A stretch of 10,643 nucleotides of DNA. Source: Tubiluchus corallicola. Its lineage: Eukaryota; Animalia; Priapulida. Numbering within the stretch: the stretch's first letter is position 1; each line of letters opens with the position of its first letter. The position numbers and the translations under genes were made by a program. Below, in pieces: positions 1 to 8,658 of the stretch. Below the pieces are notes generated by a model that ran no database searches, was not told the origin of the DNA, and was given only the letters and a program-made list of their open reading frames with translations. Location of the stretch: positions 1 through 10,643 of the forward strand of contig JAQGDQ010002520.1 in assembly GCA_030141605.1 (NCBI GenBank), read 5' to 3'.

Positions 1-348
1 CGTTCCACGCCCCTCGCCACGATCATACAATCCCTTTAATAAAACCTTTGTGCTTAAATTATCCTCAAGAGCCGTCAAAGGATGATGAATCTTCAGATCA
101 AAACCCCAATGCAATGAGCCAGAATAATCATAGCCCCAATCAATCGTCTTGGTAACTTCAGCATCAACAATAGGCATCGCCGCAAACATAGGAAATACCT
201 TCATTCCTTCCTCATATACATACTCTAAATCCGTCTTACCATCCCACGCCGCGCCACAGCCAAGCGCAAAAATACTTAGCGCCTGCCAATCATACGCTTT
301 TACAAAAGGTCCATAAGTCTTGCCAACCATTTCTGTTTTAATCGCCAT
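1..348 (-). CDS. MaoC/hydratase-2-like (double hot-dog) acyl-CoA dehydratase, paralogue 2; 5' part only, runs off the left edge
   Basis: Not in the ORF track. ATG at 348, preceded by GGGAGAG-CGGAT. Open for 116 codons to the window edge: MAIKTEMVGKTYGPFVKAYDWQALSIFALGCGAAWDGKTDLEYVYEEGMKVFPMFAAMPIVDAEVTKTIDWGYDYSGSLHWGFDLKIHHPLTALEDNLSTKVLLKGLYDRGEGRGT. It aligns without gaps to the N-terminus of the 1994..2845 protein (62/116 identical by manual count). The (Y/F)ALG-x-G, LxYVYE and YDRG.G motifs are typical of the MFE-2 hydratase-2 N-domain. Confidence 0.9.
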   Translation of the reverse strand, partial: MAIKTEMVGKTYGPFVKAYDWQALSIFALGCGAAWDGKTDLEYVYEEGMKVFPMFAAMPIVDAEVTKTIDWGYDYSGSLHWGFDLKIHHPLTALEDNLSTKVLLKGLYDRGEGRGT

Positions 349-402
349 ATCCGCTCTCCCATCTAATAAAAATAATTATACACGTTATTCCAAAACAATA
401 TT

Positions 403-1977
403 TTACTTTCTTTTCAAAATAGCCTTCTGCACTTTCCCTGTACTTGTTTTCGGTAGCGCTAGGCAAAATTCCACAAGCGACGGAACTTTAAATTTAGCCA
501 TATAGTCCCGACAATAATCGATAACCTCCTTCTCGCTAATATGCGCGTTCTTCTTCAGAACAACAAAAGCTTTCACCAGCTCACAAGAGGTCTCCTCATC
601 CCCTTGGCCAACAACAGAAGCTTCCTCAATAGCTGGATGAGTCAATAAATAATTTTCAATCTCTATGCTCGATACATTCTCCCCCGAACATTTAATCAGG
701 TTAACATTACGGTCAACAAAATAAAAATAACCATACTTATCCATATAACCAATATCACCCGTATGTAGCCACCCATCCTGGCTTAGCGCTTCTTTTGTCT
801 CTTCAGGATCTTCATAATATTCCTTGAAAATCGTCTTCCCAGGCTCTCCTCGAATATAAATCTCCCCCATCACATTATGAGGAACCTCCTTACCACTACC
901 ATCTATAATCTTCGCTTCATACGAAAGGCCAGGCCGACCAATAGAAGGCCATTTCCTCTCATCACCCGGTCTATCCCCAAGAAGGCCAACAATCGTTTCC
1001 GTCATGCCATAAGACGTCAATAACCTAACACCAAAACGCTCTACAAACTCATCCTTGTATTTCTCCGGCATAAGCAAATAATATAAAACCTCCCGAAGAC
1101 AATGATTGCGCTCCCATACCTGCCTTGGCTGCATCAAAAGCGTACAGATAATCTTCGGTATTACCTCAGTAATAGTTGCACGATAACAGCATATCTGACG
1201 CCAAAACTTATGAGCGCTATATTTCTCTAGCAAAACAAGAGTCGCTCCAGACATAAAAGTAGGCATCGCCTGCGTGCACTGGAAATCAATATGCCACACA
1301 GCCATAACAGTCAAAAAAATATCGTCCGAACTCAACTCACACTGCCAAGACGTATAATGACCCGAAAAAAGCAAATTATCATGCGTAATAACAACACCCT
1401 TCGGAAGAGAGGTCGTCCCAGAAGTAAAAAGAATCTCCGCAACATCACTTCCCGTAAGAGAAACCTCTTCCTGAAGCTCGCAAGAATACCGCTCTAAAGC
1501 AGCGTTAAAATTTAAATGACTTAGCTCTTTATTATGCTTTTGACGAGCAATAAAAATAGTCTCAATAGATGAATGAGGCTCCTCTTTAAGCTTCTCGTAA
1601 ACCGGTAAGAATCTCTCTTCAATTACAACAGCTTTAGGGTTCGTTTTTTCAACAAAATATGTACTCTCATGCAGCAAACTATGCGCGTTAACAGGAACAG
1701 AAATGGCCCCTATTTTCGCTAAAGCATGCCAGCATATGATAAATTCAGGGCTATTATAAAATTGAAAAATAATCCTATCACCTTTCTGTATACCATGATC
1801 AAGAAATAAATTCGCCGCCTGATTAATTTTATGATTGAAATCTATATAAGAAAACTCTATCGTCTCGCCATCAATATTTTCATAAACCAACGCTCGCTTA
1901 TGACCATACTTCGCCGCAAGAAAATCCCACAGCTGCCTTATATTCCTGACATAGCCACAAGCAGATTCAATACTCAT
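403..1977 (-). CDS. caiC: Crotonobetaine/carnitine-CoA ligase (ANL adenylate-forming family)
   Basis: 524 aa with AMP-binding motifs ILFTSGTTSLPKGV, SYGMTET, GWLHTGD and C-terminal PKTSTGK. It has CaiC-like segments (LEKYSAHKFWRQIC, RKWPSIGRPG, GEPGKTIFKEY). RBS AGGTGG lies just upstream, and it sits in a cai cluster. Confidence 0.9.
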   Translation of the reverse strand: MSIESACGYVRNIRQLWDFLAAKYGHKRALVYENIDGETIEFSYIDFNHKINQAANLFLDHGIQKGDRIIFQFYNSPEFIICWHALAKIGAISVPVNAHSLLHESTYFVEKTNPKAVVIEERFLPVYEKLKEEPHSSIETIFIARQKHNKELSHLNFNAALERYSCELQEEVSLTGSDVAEILFTSGTTSLPKGVVITHDNLLFSGHYTSWQCELSSDDIFLTVMAVWHIDFQCTQAMPTFMSGATLVLLEKYSAHKFWRQICCYRATITEVIPKIICTLLMQPRQVWERNHCLREVLYYLLMPEKYKDEFVERFGVRLLTSYGMTETIVGLLGDRPGDERKWPSIGRPGLSYEAKIIDGSGKEVPHNVMGEIYIRGEPGKTIFKEYYEDPEETKEALSQDGWLHTGDIGYMDKYGYFYFVDRNVNLIKCSGENVSSIEIENYLLTHPAIEEASVVGQGDEETSCELVKAFVVLKKNAHISEKEVIDYCRDYMAKFKVPSLVEFCLALPKTSTGKVQKAILKRK

Positions 1978-1993
1978 GCGCCACCTAAACCTC

Positions 1994-2845
1994 TCATTCC
2001 CACTCTGCTAAAGCATAGTTTAAGAGTATCTTGTCTAAATCATTCGCGTCAACAACAGAAAATCGTACCGACGTATCATCCCATCTCCACACACGTAAAC
2101 GAACCGTCATACCAGGATAGATTATTCCCGTAAATCGTAGCTTAAAACGAACTAACCGCGCCGGATCCCGATCCAATAAATGATTACAAATATGACGACA
2201 CGCCATCCCAGAAAGCGCTAAACCCATGTGAATAGGCCTTGGGTAGCCATACTCATGGGCATATTCCCAATCAACATGTAAAGGATGATAATTCCCTAAA
2301 AGCCTAAAAATATTCGGTAAATTTTGCCCGATTTCTTCATCAATTTCAAAGTCAGGCTCACGATCCGGCATCTCGACAATATCTCTGAGGGCCTTCTCAC
2401 CACCAAAGCCACCATCATAAATACAACAATCCCAATTATCAATCGTAACAAGCTTATCACCATGCTCGTCATAGGTTGAGGCAACTTTCTGAGCTAAACA
2501 TCCTCTGCCTTCCCCACGATCATAAAGCGCATTAAGAGTAATATAGGTCGTTAATTTACCAGAAATTTCCGTAAGTGGCTTATGAATACGCATGTCAATG
2601 CCCCAATGAAGAATACCGGCCCAGTCAAAACCAAAATCTATATCAGCCGTTACTTCATCAGACGCGACAAATGTCGCTAAATAAACAGGATTGATTTTTA
2701 AATCTTTCTCATATGTCCAGTCTAAATCCGTCTTGCCATCGCTTGCAGCACCACTCCCTAAAGAAAAAATACTCAGTTGAGTAATGTCATAATCCACTAC
2801 ATAAGGGCCGTATTTCCTCCCTACGCAGTCTTGCTTAATCGCCAT
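1994..2845 (-). CDS. MaoC/hydratase-2-like (double hot-dog) acyl-CoA dehydratase, paralogue 1 (283 aa)
   Basis: Start moved from the track's 2896 to ATG 2845, because MAIK matches the paralogue's N-terminus and GGTG lies upstream. The MFE-2-like layout is FSLGSG...YDRGEG...GGFGG...P.REPD...FRLLGNYHPLHVDWEYA...GYPRPIHMGL...LRFTGIIYPG, which resembles the hydratase-2 motif YRLSGDxNPLHxDP...PILHG. Confidence 0.88.
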   Translation of the reverse strand: MAIKQDCVGRKYGPYVVDYDITQLSIFSLGSGAASDGKTDLDWTYEKDLKINPVYLATFVASDEVTADIDFGFDWAGILHWGIDMRIHKPLTEISGKLTTYITLNALYDRGEGRGCLAQKVASTYDEHGDKLVTIDNWDCCIYDGGFGGEKALRDIVEMPDREPDFEIDEEIGQNLPNIFRLLGNYHPLHVDWEYAHEYGYPRPIHMGLALSGMACRHICNHLLDRDPARLVRFKLRFTGIIYPGMTVRLRVWRWDDTSVRFSVVDANDLDKILLNYALAEWE

Positions 2846-2919
2846 TTCACCATTCTCTATTTCTTCTTTGATAAAAAACTGTCTCGACACAAACAAAGAT
2901 TACGTTTTTAAAATAATCC

Positions 2920-4140
2920 TCACGCCTTGCTCGCCTTGACAATACCACTCTTTATTAAAGAAGAAATCTCCTCAGAAGAATAATTCAAATCACTTAAAAT
3001 CGCCTCCGTGTCAAAACCACGATGCGGCATAGCACGCCAAACCGTTCCCGGATCCTTCTTAAATTTAGGAATTACGTTGATTCCCTTGGCGACATCACCA
3101 TCCATCGTTTCCCACTCAATAAAATTATCTCGGGCAATATATTGTGCCATCTTGGGAAGCTCCGGAATTGTCAAAATTTTCGTGCCCGCAATCGTCAATT
3201 CAGCGAACAAACGCTCAACATCCTCCACTGGCTTATCCGCAAAAAAAGCATCCAGCTTCTCCTCCAAATAAGTCGCATGTGAACTCTCTCCCAAAATCAT
3301 CTGAACACCTTCCGGATAATCCCCATGGCCCAGCAAAGAATCCTCGCCCATCGCTGTTAGCATACCTTTAACCTGCTTCCAGCCTATCAGCGCCATCGCT
3401 ATATAACCATCCTGGCACTTATAAACACCACACCCAACACACATAGGATCCTTTCCACGAGTCTGCCTTGGGTAAGTCTTTCCTTCGTTTAAATAATCAA
3501 CCATATAATATTGACCAACACGTAGCAAAGATTCATACATGGCAACATCAATACTTTCCCCTACGCCTGTCTTCTTAGCCTTGTAAAGAGCCGCAAGCGA
3601 CGCGCTCAAAAGCGTAAAACCAGTGAAATAATCGCCCGCATATGGATAAGCAGGTATCGGCTGATCGACATCTCCATTCTGAATCAAATAACCACTAAAT
3701 GCCTGCGCAATATGATCATAAGCCGGCAATTTCATATATTTTTCATCACCATACTGACCATAACCAGACAAATGACCAATAACCAATGCCTTATTATGTT
3801 CCCAAAGAAGCTCATCCGTTACCCCTCTACGGGCAAAAGCGGGTCCCTTACTCGCTTCCAGAAAAATATCCGCGGTCTCTATCAATTTCAGAAAAATTTC
3901 TCGCCCCTCATCTGAAAAAATATTGATACATAAACTATGCAAATTACGCCTAAAATACTGGCTGTAATTCTTCTGCATTCGAATCGTATCAGGATACGCC
4001 GTATTTTCCAACCAAATAACTTCCGCTCCCCACTCCGCCATCATTTGCGCAGCAAAAGGCGTCGCTATCTCCATCGCCGAAAAAACAACACGAATACCCG
4101 ATAAAGGACCAAATTCCGGCGTGCTTACCTTCTTATCCAT
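2920..4140 (-). CDS. caiB: Crotonobetainyl-CoA:carnitine CoA-transferase (family III, CaiB/BaiF)
   Basis: 406 aa. [41 protein letters not shown] and [17 protein letters not shown] match E. coli CaiB as recalled. The catalytic Asp is retained in PYAGDYF. RBS is GGAGGAAGGAAG. Confidence 0.93.
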   Translation of the reverse strand: MDKKVSTPEFGPLSGIRVVFSAMEIATPFAAQMMAEWGAEVIWLENTAYPDTIRMQKNYSQYFRRNLHSLCINIFSDEGREIFLKLIETADIFLEASKGPAFARRGVTDELLWEHNKALVIGHLSGYGQYGDEKYMKLPAYDHIAQAFSGYLIQNGDVDQPIPAYPYAGDYFTGFTLLSASLAALYKAKKTGVGESIDVAMYESLLRVGQYYMVDYLNEGKTYPRQTRGKDPMCVGCGVYKCQDGYIAMALIGWKQVKGMLTAMGEDSLLGHGDYPEGVQMILGESSHATYLEEKLDAFFADKPVEDVERLFAELTIAGTKILTIPELPKMAQYIARDNFIEWETMDGDVAKGINVIPKFKKDPGTVWRAMPHRGFDTEAILSDLNYSSEEISSLIKSGIVKASKA

Positions 4141-4207
4141 CTTCCTTCCTCCCTCTCCATTACACCACTTAAAGATTAACGCGTATTAGTAAAGTAAAAG
4201 GAATCTC

Positions 4208-5347
4208 TTAGCGGTATTTCTTAAGAACCTCACGACCAAGCGTTAGAATTTGCATCTCATCCGTACCGCCTGAAATCCGATCAATACGAAGATCCCGCCA
4301 AAAACGCGCCATCCGATGACCACCAGCAACACTGATTCCTCCCAATACTTGCATAGAGGTGTCAACAACCTCAAACGCCGCATTGGCGCAATAATACTTA
4401 CACATAGCAGACGTGCCAGACGTCGATATACCATTATCAGTCTTCCAGGCTGCCTCAAATAACATGTGTTTCATCGAGTTTAACTTGATCGCCATATGAG
4501 CAAACTTCTCTTGAATTAACTGCGTCCGACCAATCGCCTCTCCAAACTGAACACGTTGATTGGCATACTTTGCGGCTTCCTCAAAAGCGCATAAAGCAAT
4601 GCCATAATTCGTACAAGCAACTAAAAAGCGCTCATCGTCAAACTCAGCCTTAACACGATTAAAACCATCACCTTCTGTACCAAATATATCTTTCTCCTCA
4701 AGTTCCACATTATCAAACACAATCTCACAATTGCTATCCATACGAAGACCGAGCTTATCTAAAGGTGTCAGCTTTATTCCCGGCTTGGACATATCAACAA
4801 ACCATTCCGTATAAACCGGCTTCTCCGAATCCGCATCCCTCGCCATCACAAGAAGATAAGGGACATATAAACTACTCGTAATAAAACATTTATTCCCCGT
4901 CAGATAAACCTTGCCATCTCTCCTCTTGTAACTCGTCTTCAAACTCGCAACATCAGACCCTGCGCTCGGCTCCGTAATCGCCGCATTAAACATCTGTTCC
5001 CCAGTGCCCCGAAACGCAAAAATCTTATCAATCTGTTCCTGAGTCCCATAACGCAGAATCGTATTAAATCCCGGAAGCTGATACAAAACATATGTTGGCG
5101 CGCCATGGCGACCTAGCTCTTCCCAAATCGCCGTCAACGTCACCATACTTTCTCCCATACCACCATGCTCCTCAGGAAGAAGCATCGTATCGACACCAAG
5201 ATCCGCTAACGCCTTAACCCATCTGAGCGGGTATTCATGATTCTTATCACACTCCACAAAATAAGACTCCCAATTCTCACTCTCCATAAGATCACGAATA
5301 CTATCAACAAACAATTCCTGCTCATCACTTAACTTAAAATCTACCAT
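4208..5347 (-). CDS. caiA: Crotonobetainyl-CoA reductase (acyl-CoA dehydrogenase family)
   Basis: 379 aa with [55 protein letters not shown] and [21 protein letters not shown], near-identical to E. coli CaiA as recalled. RBS is AGGAGAGG. Confidence 0.95.
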   Translation of the reverse strand: MVDFKLSDEQELFVDSIRDLMESENWESYFVECDKNHEYPLRWVKALADLGVDTMLLPEEHGGMGESMVTLTAIWEELGRHGAPTYVLYQLPGFNTILRYGTQEQIDKIFAFRGTGEQMFNAAITEPSAGSDVASLKTSYKRRDGKVYLTGNKCFITSSLYVPYLLVMARDADSEKPVYTEWFVDMSKPGIKLTPLDKLGLRMDSNCEIVFDNVELEEKDIFGTEGDGFNRVKAEFDDERFLVACTNYGIALCAFEEAAKYANQRVQFGEAIGRTQLIQEKFAHMAIKLNSMKHMLFEAAWKTDNGISTSGTSAMCKYYCANAAFEVVDTSMQVLGGISVAGGHRMARFWRDLRIDRISGGTDEMQILTLGREVLKKYR

Positions 5348-5410
5348 TATCCTCTCCTGATTATTCTAACGTAAATACTTAATCACTCTTTATGAAAACC
5401 AATAACGCAC

Positions 5411-6934
5411 TCAATACCAATTATTCTTTTTAGCGTCCTTGAAAAAAGAAACCAAAATTATAATATTAACAAAAAATAACGGCGTCCCTCCTGCAATAAT
5501 CGCTGTCTGTAATGGCTTAAGACCACCCAAAGCTAGAAGCGTAACACCTATAATCCCCACAAGAATAGACCAACCAATACGAACCCATAAAGGGGGCTCG
5601 CCATATCCCGTGGCTTCCTTGCAAGTCGACATCGCAAGTGTATAAGAAGAGGCATTGATTAATGTAACCGTCGCGACAAAAGAGAGAATTAAAAATCCCC
5701 AAATTGTCAATGTAGGTAACGGCAACGCCGCCCATGTCTCAATAATCGCGCGCGCGACACCATCCGACTCAACAATCGCCGGTAAATCCCTTACCTTTTG
5801 AATCATAATGTTCGCTGTATTACTACCAAGAACAGTCCAAAGAATCCACGTAGAAGCGGTCAAACCAATAACCATATTTAAACAAAGCTCCCGAACCGTA
5901 CGTCCCCGCGAAATACGAGCAAGGAAAAGACACATCTGAATGCCATAAATAATCCACCAAGCCCAATAAAAAACAGTCCAGTACTGATGCCATCCCCCTC
6001 CTGAAACAGAGTCCGTATATAAAAGCATACGAGTTATATTATTAAACATAATACCAACGGAATCCGTAAAATAATTCACTGTAAAAGTCGTTGCTCCAAT
6101 AAGGAAAACCCACGCCAACATAACAATCATAAGATAGGCGCGAAGATCACTGGCAAACTTAATACCCTTCGTAAGACCAAACGCCACACAAACAGCATTA
6201 AAAACAACCCACCCGAAAATAATTACCGTGTCGACGGTAAGAGTCCGCTCAATGCCAAATAACCACTCTATACATTCTGTAACCAGCGGCGTCGCCAATC
6301 CTAAGCTCGTTCCCATCGCAAAAATAAGAGCAACAATATAGAAATTATCAATAACAGCTCCTAACCAGCCTTTCGCTAAATCCTCTCCTACCGCTCCTCC
6401 AATACAGCTGCTAGGGCGCATGACATTCACTTTCTTGACATAGATAAAATAGCCAAACGCTACAGACAAAAGACTATAGGTCGCCCAAGGTAAAGGACCC
6501 CAGTGAAATAGACTATACGCTAAACCAAACTCCTGCGCCTTTACAGAAAGCGGCTCCAGACCAAAGGGAGGCGAGGAGATATAATAATACGCCTCTATCG
6601 TTCCCCAAAAAATAACCGCCGCTGAGGTACAGGAAGCAAACATAAGAAAAATCCAGCTGGCATTACTGAATTCTGGCTCTTCCTCTCCTAACTTCTTATC
6701 CTTCATCGGGCCAAAAACCAGCCAAAACCAGCCAAAACCCATTGCGATCATATACCATTCAAACGCCCAACCCCACGTTCCTGTTATATAATCAAAAGTT
6801 AAGTTAATTGCATGATTCGCCGCCTCTAAATCTCTCACAACTAAATAAGCTAAAATTATAACCACGATAAGAGACGGAAAAAAAACCTTAGGATCAATCC
6901 CTATTTTTTTTGGCCCAATACTTTGCTGCTCCAT
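5411..6934 (-). CDS. caiT: L-carnitine/gamma-butyrobetaine antiporter (BCCT family), 507 aa
   Basis: Start set at ATG 6934 (AGGAGAG RBS), not the track's 6985. It has multiple hydrophobic helices and the motifs [76 protein letters not shown] and [12 protein letters not shown]. Confidence 0.95.
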   Translation of the reverse strand: MEQQSIGPKKIGIDPKVFFPSLIVVIILAYLVVRDLEAANHAINLTFDYITGTWGWAFEWYMIAMGFGWFWLVFGPMKDKKLGEEEPEFSNASWIFLMFASCTSAAVIFWGTIEAYYYISSPPFGLEPLSVKAQEFGLAYSLFHWGPLPWATYSLLSVAFGYFIYVKKVNVMRPSSCIGGAVGEDLAKGWLGAVIDNFYIVALIFAMGTSLGLATPLVTECIEWLFGIERTLTVDTVIIFGWVVFNAVCVAFGLTKGIKFASDLRAYLMIVMLAWVFLIGATTFTVNYFTDSVGIMFNNITRMLLYTDSVSGGGWHQYWTVFYWAWWIIYGIQMCLFLARISRGRTVRELCLNMVIGLTASTWILWTVLGSNTANIMIQKVRDLPAIVESDGVARAIIETWAALPLPTLTIWGFLILSFVATVTLINASSYTLAMSTCKEATGYGEPPLWVRIGWSILVGIIGVTLLALGGLKPLQTAIIAGGTPLFFVNIIILVSFFKDAKKNNWY

Positions 6935-7048
6935 ATTAGCTCTCCTGAATTCATTTGAATAATTATTATAATTTAAAAAATACAAAGCCTCTTTAATATT
7001 CCATTTTTATATTTTATTCATCTTTATACCTCGCCAAAAGATAAACAA

Positions 7049-7339
7049 CTACCCATACCGAAACTCGACACCAAAGGTTCCTTCAGGATATTCCCAGCTG
7101 CTCACAATCGTCTTTCCACACAAAATACGACATGTTCCACATTCTAAGCATCCCGCATAATCAAACTGAAAATTACCACTCTCATCTCGCGTATATAACT
7201 TCGCAGGACACGCAACCTCCAGTTTCCGAAATTCCTTTTCATCTATATTCTCAGCAAGCTTTATATGAGGCGAGCCTTCATTAACAAAAAATTTATTAAT
7301 TCCAAGCTTTGCACTAACGTTAACTGTATCTTTTTTCAT
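7049..7339 (-). CDS. fixX: Ferredoxin-like protein FixX
   Basis: 96 aa with KLGINKF.V, ACPA.LY, FDYAGCLECGTCRIL and WEYP.GTFGVEFRYG. Its start overlaps the fixC stop as ATGA (7336-7339), suggesting translational coupling. Confidence 0.95.
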   Translation of the reverse strand: MKKDTVNVSAKLGINKFFVNEGSPHIKLAENIDEKEFRKLEVACPAKLYTRDESGNFQFDYAGCLECGTCRILCGKTIVSSWEYPEGTFGVEFRYG

Positions 7340-8625
7340 ACTGACTTCCTTCCCCTCAAAACATCTTTAAATATATTGAAAAGTCCTACCTTTTTCGCAT
7401 GGTGCATAGCTTTTTCGTACGACAAACGGCTTGTTAAGCCATCTACAGTAAATATATCCCTCATAATCCCAGTCGCCATCTCAGGATAAGCGTTATACAA
7501 ACGTTCATTATTTAAAAATTCCGGCGCTCTCTTATAGACCTTCAGATCTTGCGTGATAAAATTAACATCAAGCCCTCTCTTATAAGACGATAATGAAGAT
7601 GCACTAAAATCATTTCTTTTTTTCGCTAAAACAATTGCTCTTATAGCCTCCTGCGCAGAAGCAATCGCAAGGTCCATGCCCCGTACAGTATAACCTAAAT
7701 TTAAGCATAAACCCGCCGCGCTTCCAATAATCAAAACACCACTATCAGCAAGTCGGGAAATCATATTATAGCCCCCTTCCGGTACAACACGAGCAGAATA
7801 TTCCACTATCTCTCCACCAGAAATCAAAGGCTTAATCGTAGGGTGATTCTTAAAATCCTCCAGCATTTGCGCTACACTCTTTTCACTTTCCTGAAGCGCA
7901 TGAAGACCAACAACAACTCCCAGAGAAAGGCTCTCCTTATTCGTATAAAGGAATCCTCCTCCCATCCGACCATCCGAAGGCATACCCGCAAAAAGCCACG
8001 CTGTACCGTCACTACCAGAGCAAGAAAACCGATCGTTGATCTTCTCTTCAGAAAGCTTAATAAGCTCCTTAACGCCAACAGCACAATTCTCCGGCGTAAC
8101 CTTTGAAACCATGCCCAGCTTCTCTCCTAAAATCGAGTTCACCCCATCCGCCAAAATAACAACATCAGCTGATAGCTCTTCTCCACCGGCGACAACACCA
8201 CAAACCTTACCGTCCTTCTTAAGAACATCATCAACACGAATACCAGAAATAACAGAAGCGCCCGCCTCCTCCGCTTTACCGCTTAACCATTGATCAAATC
8301 CCGCTCTCAATATCGAATAAGAACGCTTTTTATGCTCATCCGATTCTACAGAAGAATAGTCAATCGTAACACTACTGTCCGTATCCATAAATGATATTTT
8401 CTCATGCACGATAGAGCGCTCAACCGGCGCCTCTTTCACGAAATCAGGGAAAATTTCCTCAAGAGCATAGCCATAAAGCCTTCCCCCTGTCATATTCTTG
8501 GAACCGGCGAAATTCCCCCGCTCGATAATAAGCGTTTCAAGACCTTCCTTCGCTGACAAATAGCCCGCTACACAGCCCGCTATTCCTCCCCCTACAATAA
8601 TTACATCAAACTTTTCTTCTGACAT
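7336..8625 (-). CDS. fixC: FAD-dependent oxidoreductase FixC (ETF:quinone oxidoreductase-like), 429 aa
   Basis: Start at ATG 8625 (MSEEKFD) after a GGGGGGA RBS. It has the Rossmann motif IIVGGGIAG plus ERGNFAGSKNMTGGRLY, ILADGVNS, GGGFLYTNKESLSLG and GYTVRGMDLAI. Confidence 0.93.
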   Translation of the reverse strand: MSEEKFDVIIVGGGIAGCVAGYLSAKEGLETLIIERGNFAGSKNMTGGRLYGYALEEIFPDFVKEAPVERSIVHEKISFMDTDSSVTIDYSSVESDEHKKRSYSILRAGFDQWLSGKAEEAGASVISGIRVDDVLKKDGKVCGVVAGGEELSADVVILADGVNSILGEKLGMVSKVTPENCAVGVKELIKLSEEKINDRFSCSGSDGTAWLFAGMPSDGRMGGGFLYTNKESLSLGVVVGLHALQESEKSVAQMLEDFKNHPTIKPLISGGEIVEYSARVVPEGGYNMISRLADSGVLIIGSAAGLCLNLGYTVRGMDLAIASAQEAIRAIVLAKKRNDFSASSLSSYKRGLDVNFITQDLKVYKRAPEFLNNERLYNAYPEMATGIMRDIFTVDGLTSRLSYEKAMHHAKKVGLFNIFKDVLRGRKSV

Positions 8626-8658
8626 ATCACATCCCCCCAAAAAAGTATATATATACGC

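Noticed and set aside
5358-5385. TGATTA-N16-TAATCA inverted repeat in the caiT-caiA spacer as a terminator or operator
   Set aside because: It has only a 6-bp AT-rich stem with a long loop and no U-tract, so it is likely chance.
6878-6911. Two 8-nt A/T homopolymers near the 5' end of caiT as phase-variation tracts
   Set aside because: The frame is intact, the runs encode ordinary KKI and VFFP residues, and such runs are common in AT-rich DNA.
2296-8084. Short out-of-frame minus-strand ORFs (2296..2484, 4243..4458, 5517..5735, 7872..8084)
   Set aside because: They are nested in alternative frames of intact genes with no family resemblance. The host frames are uninterrupted, so no frameshift is implied.
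8633-8655. C6-A6 run and (TA)5 between fixB and fixC as a variable repeat
   Set aside because: It is too short, and the G6 on the coding strand is explained as the fixC RBS.
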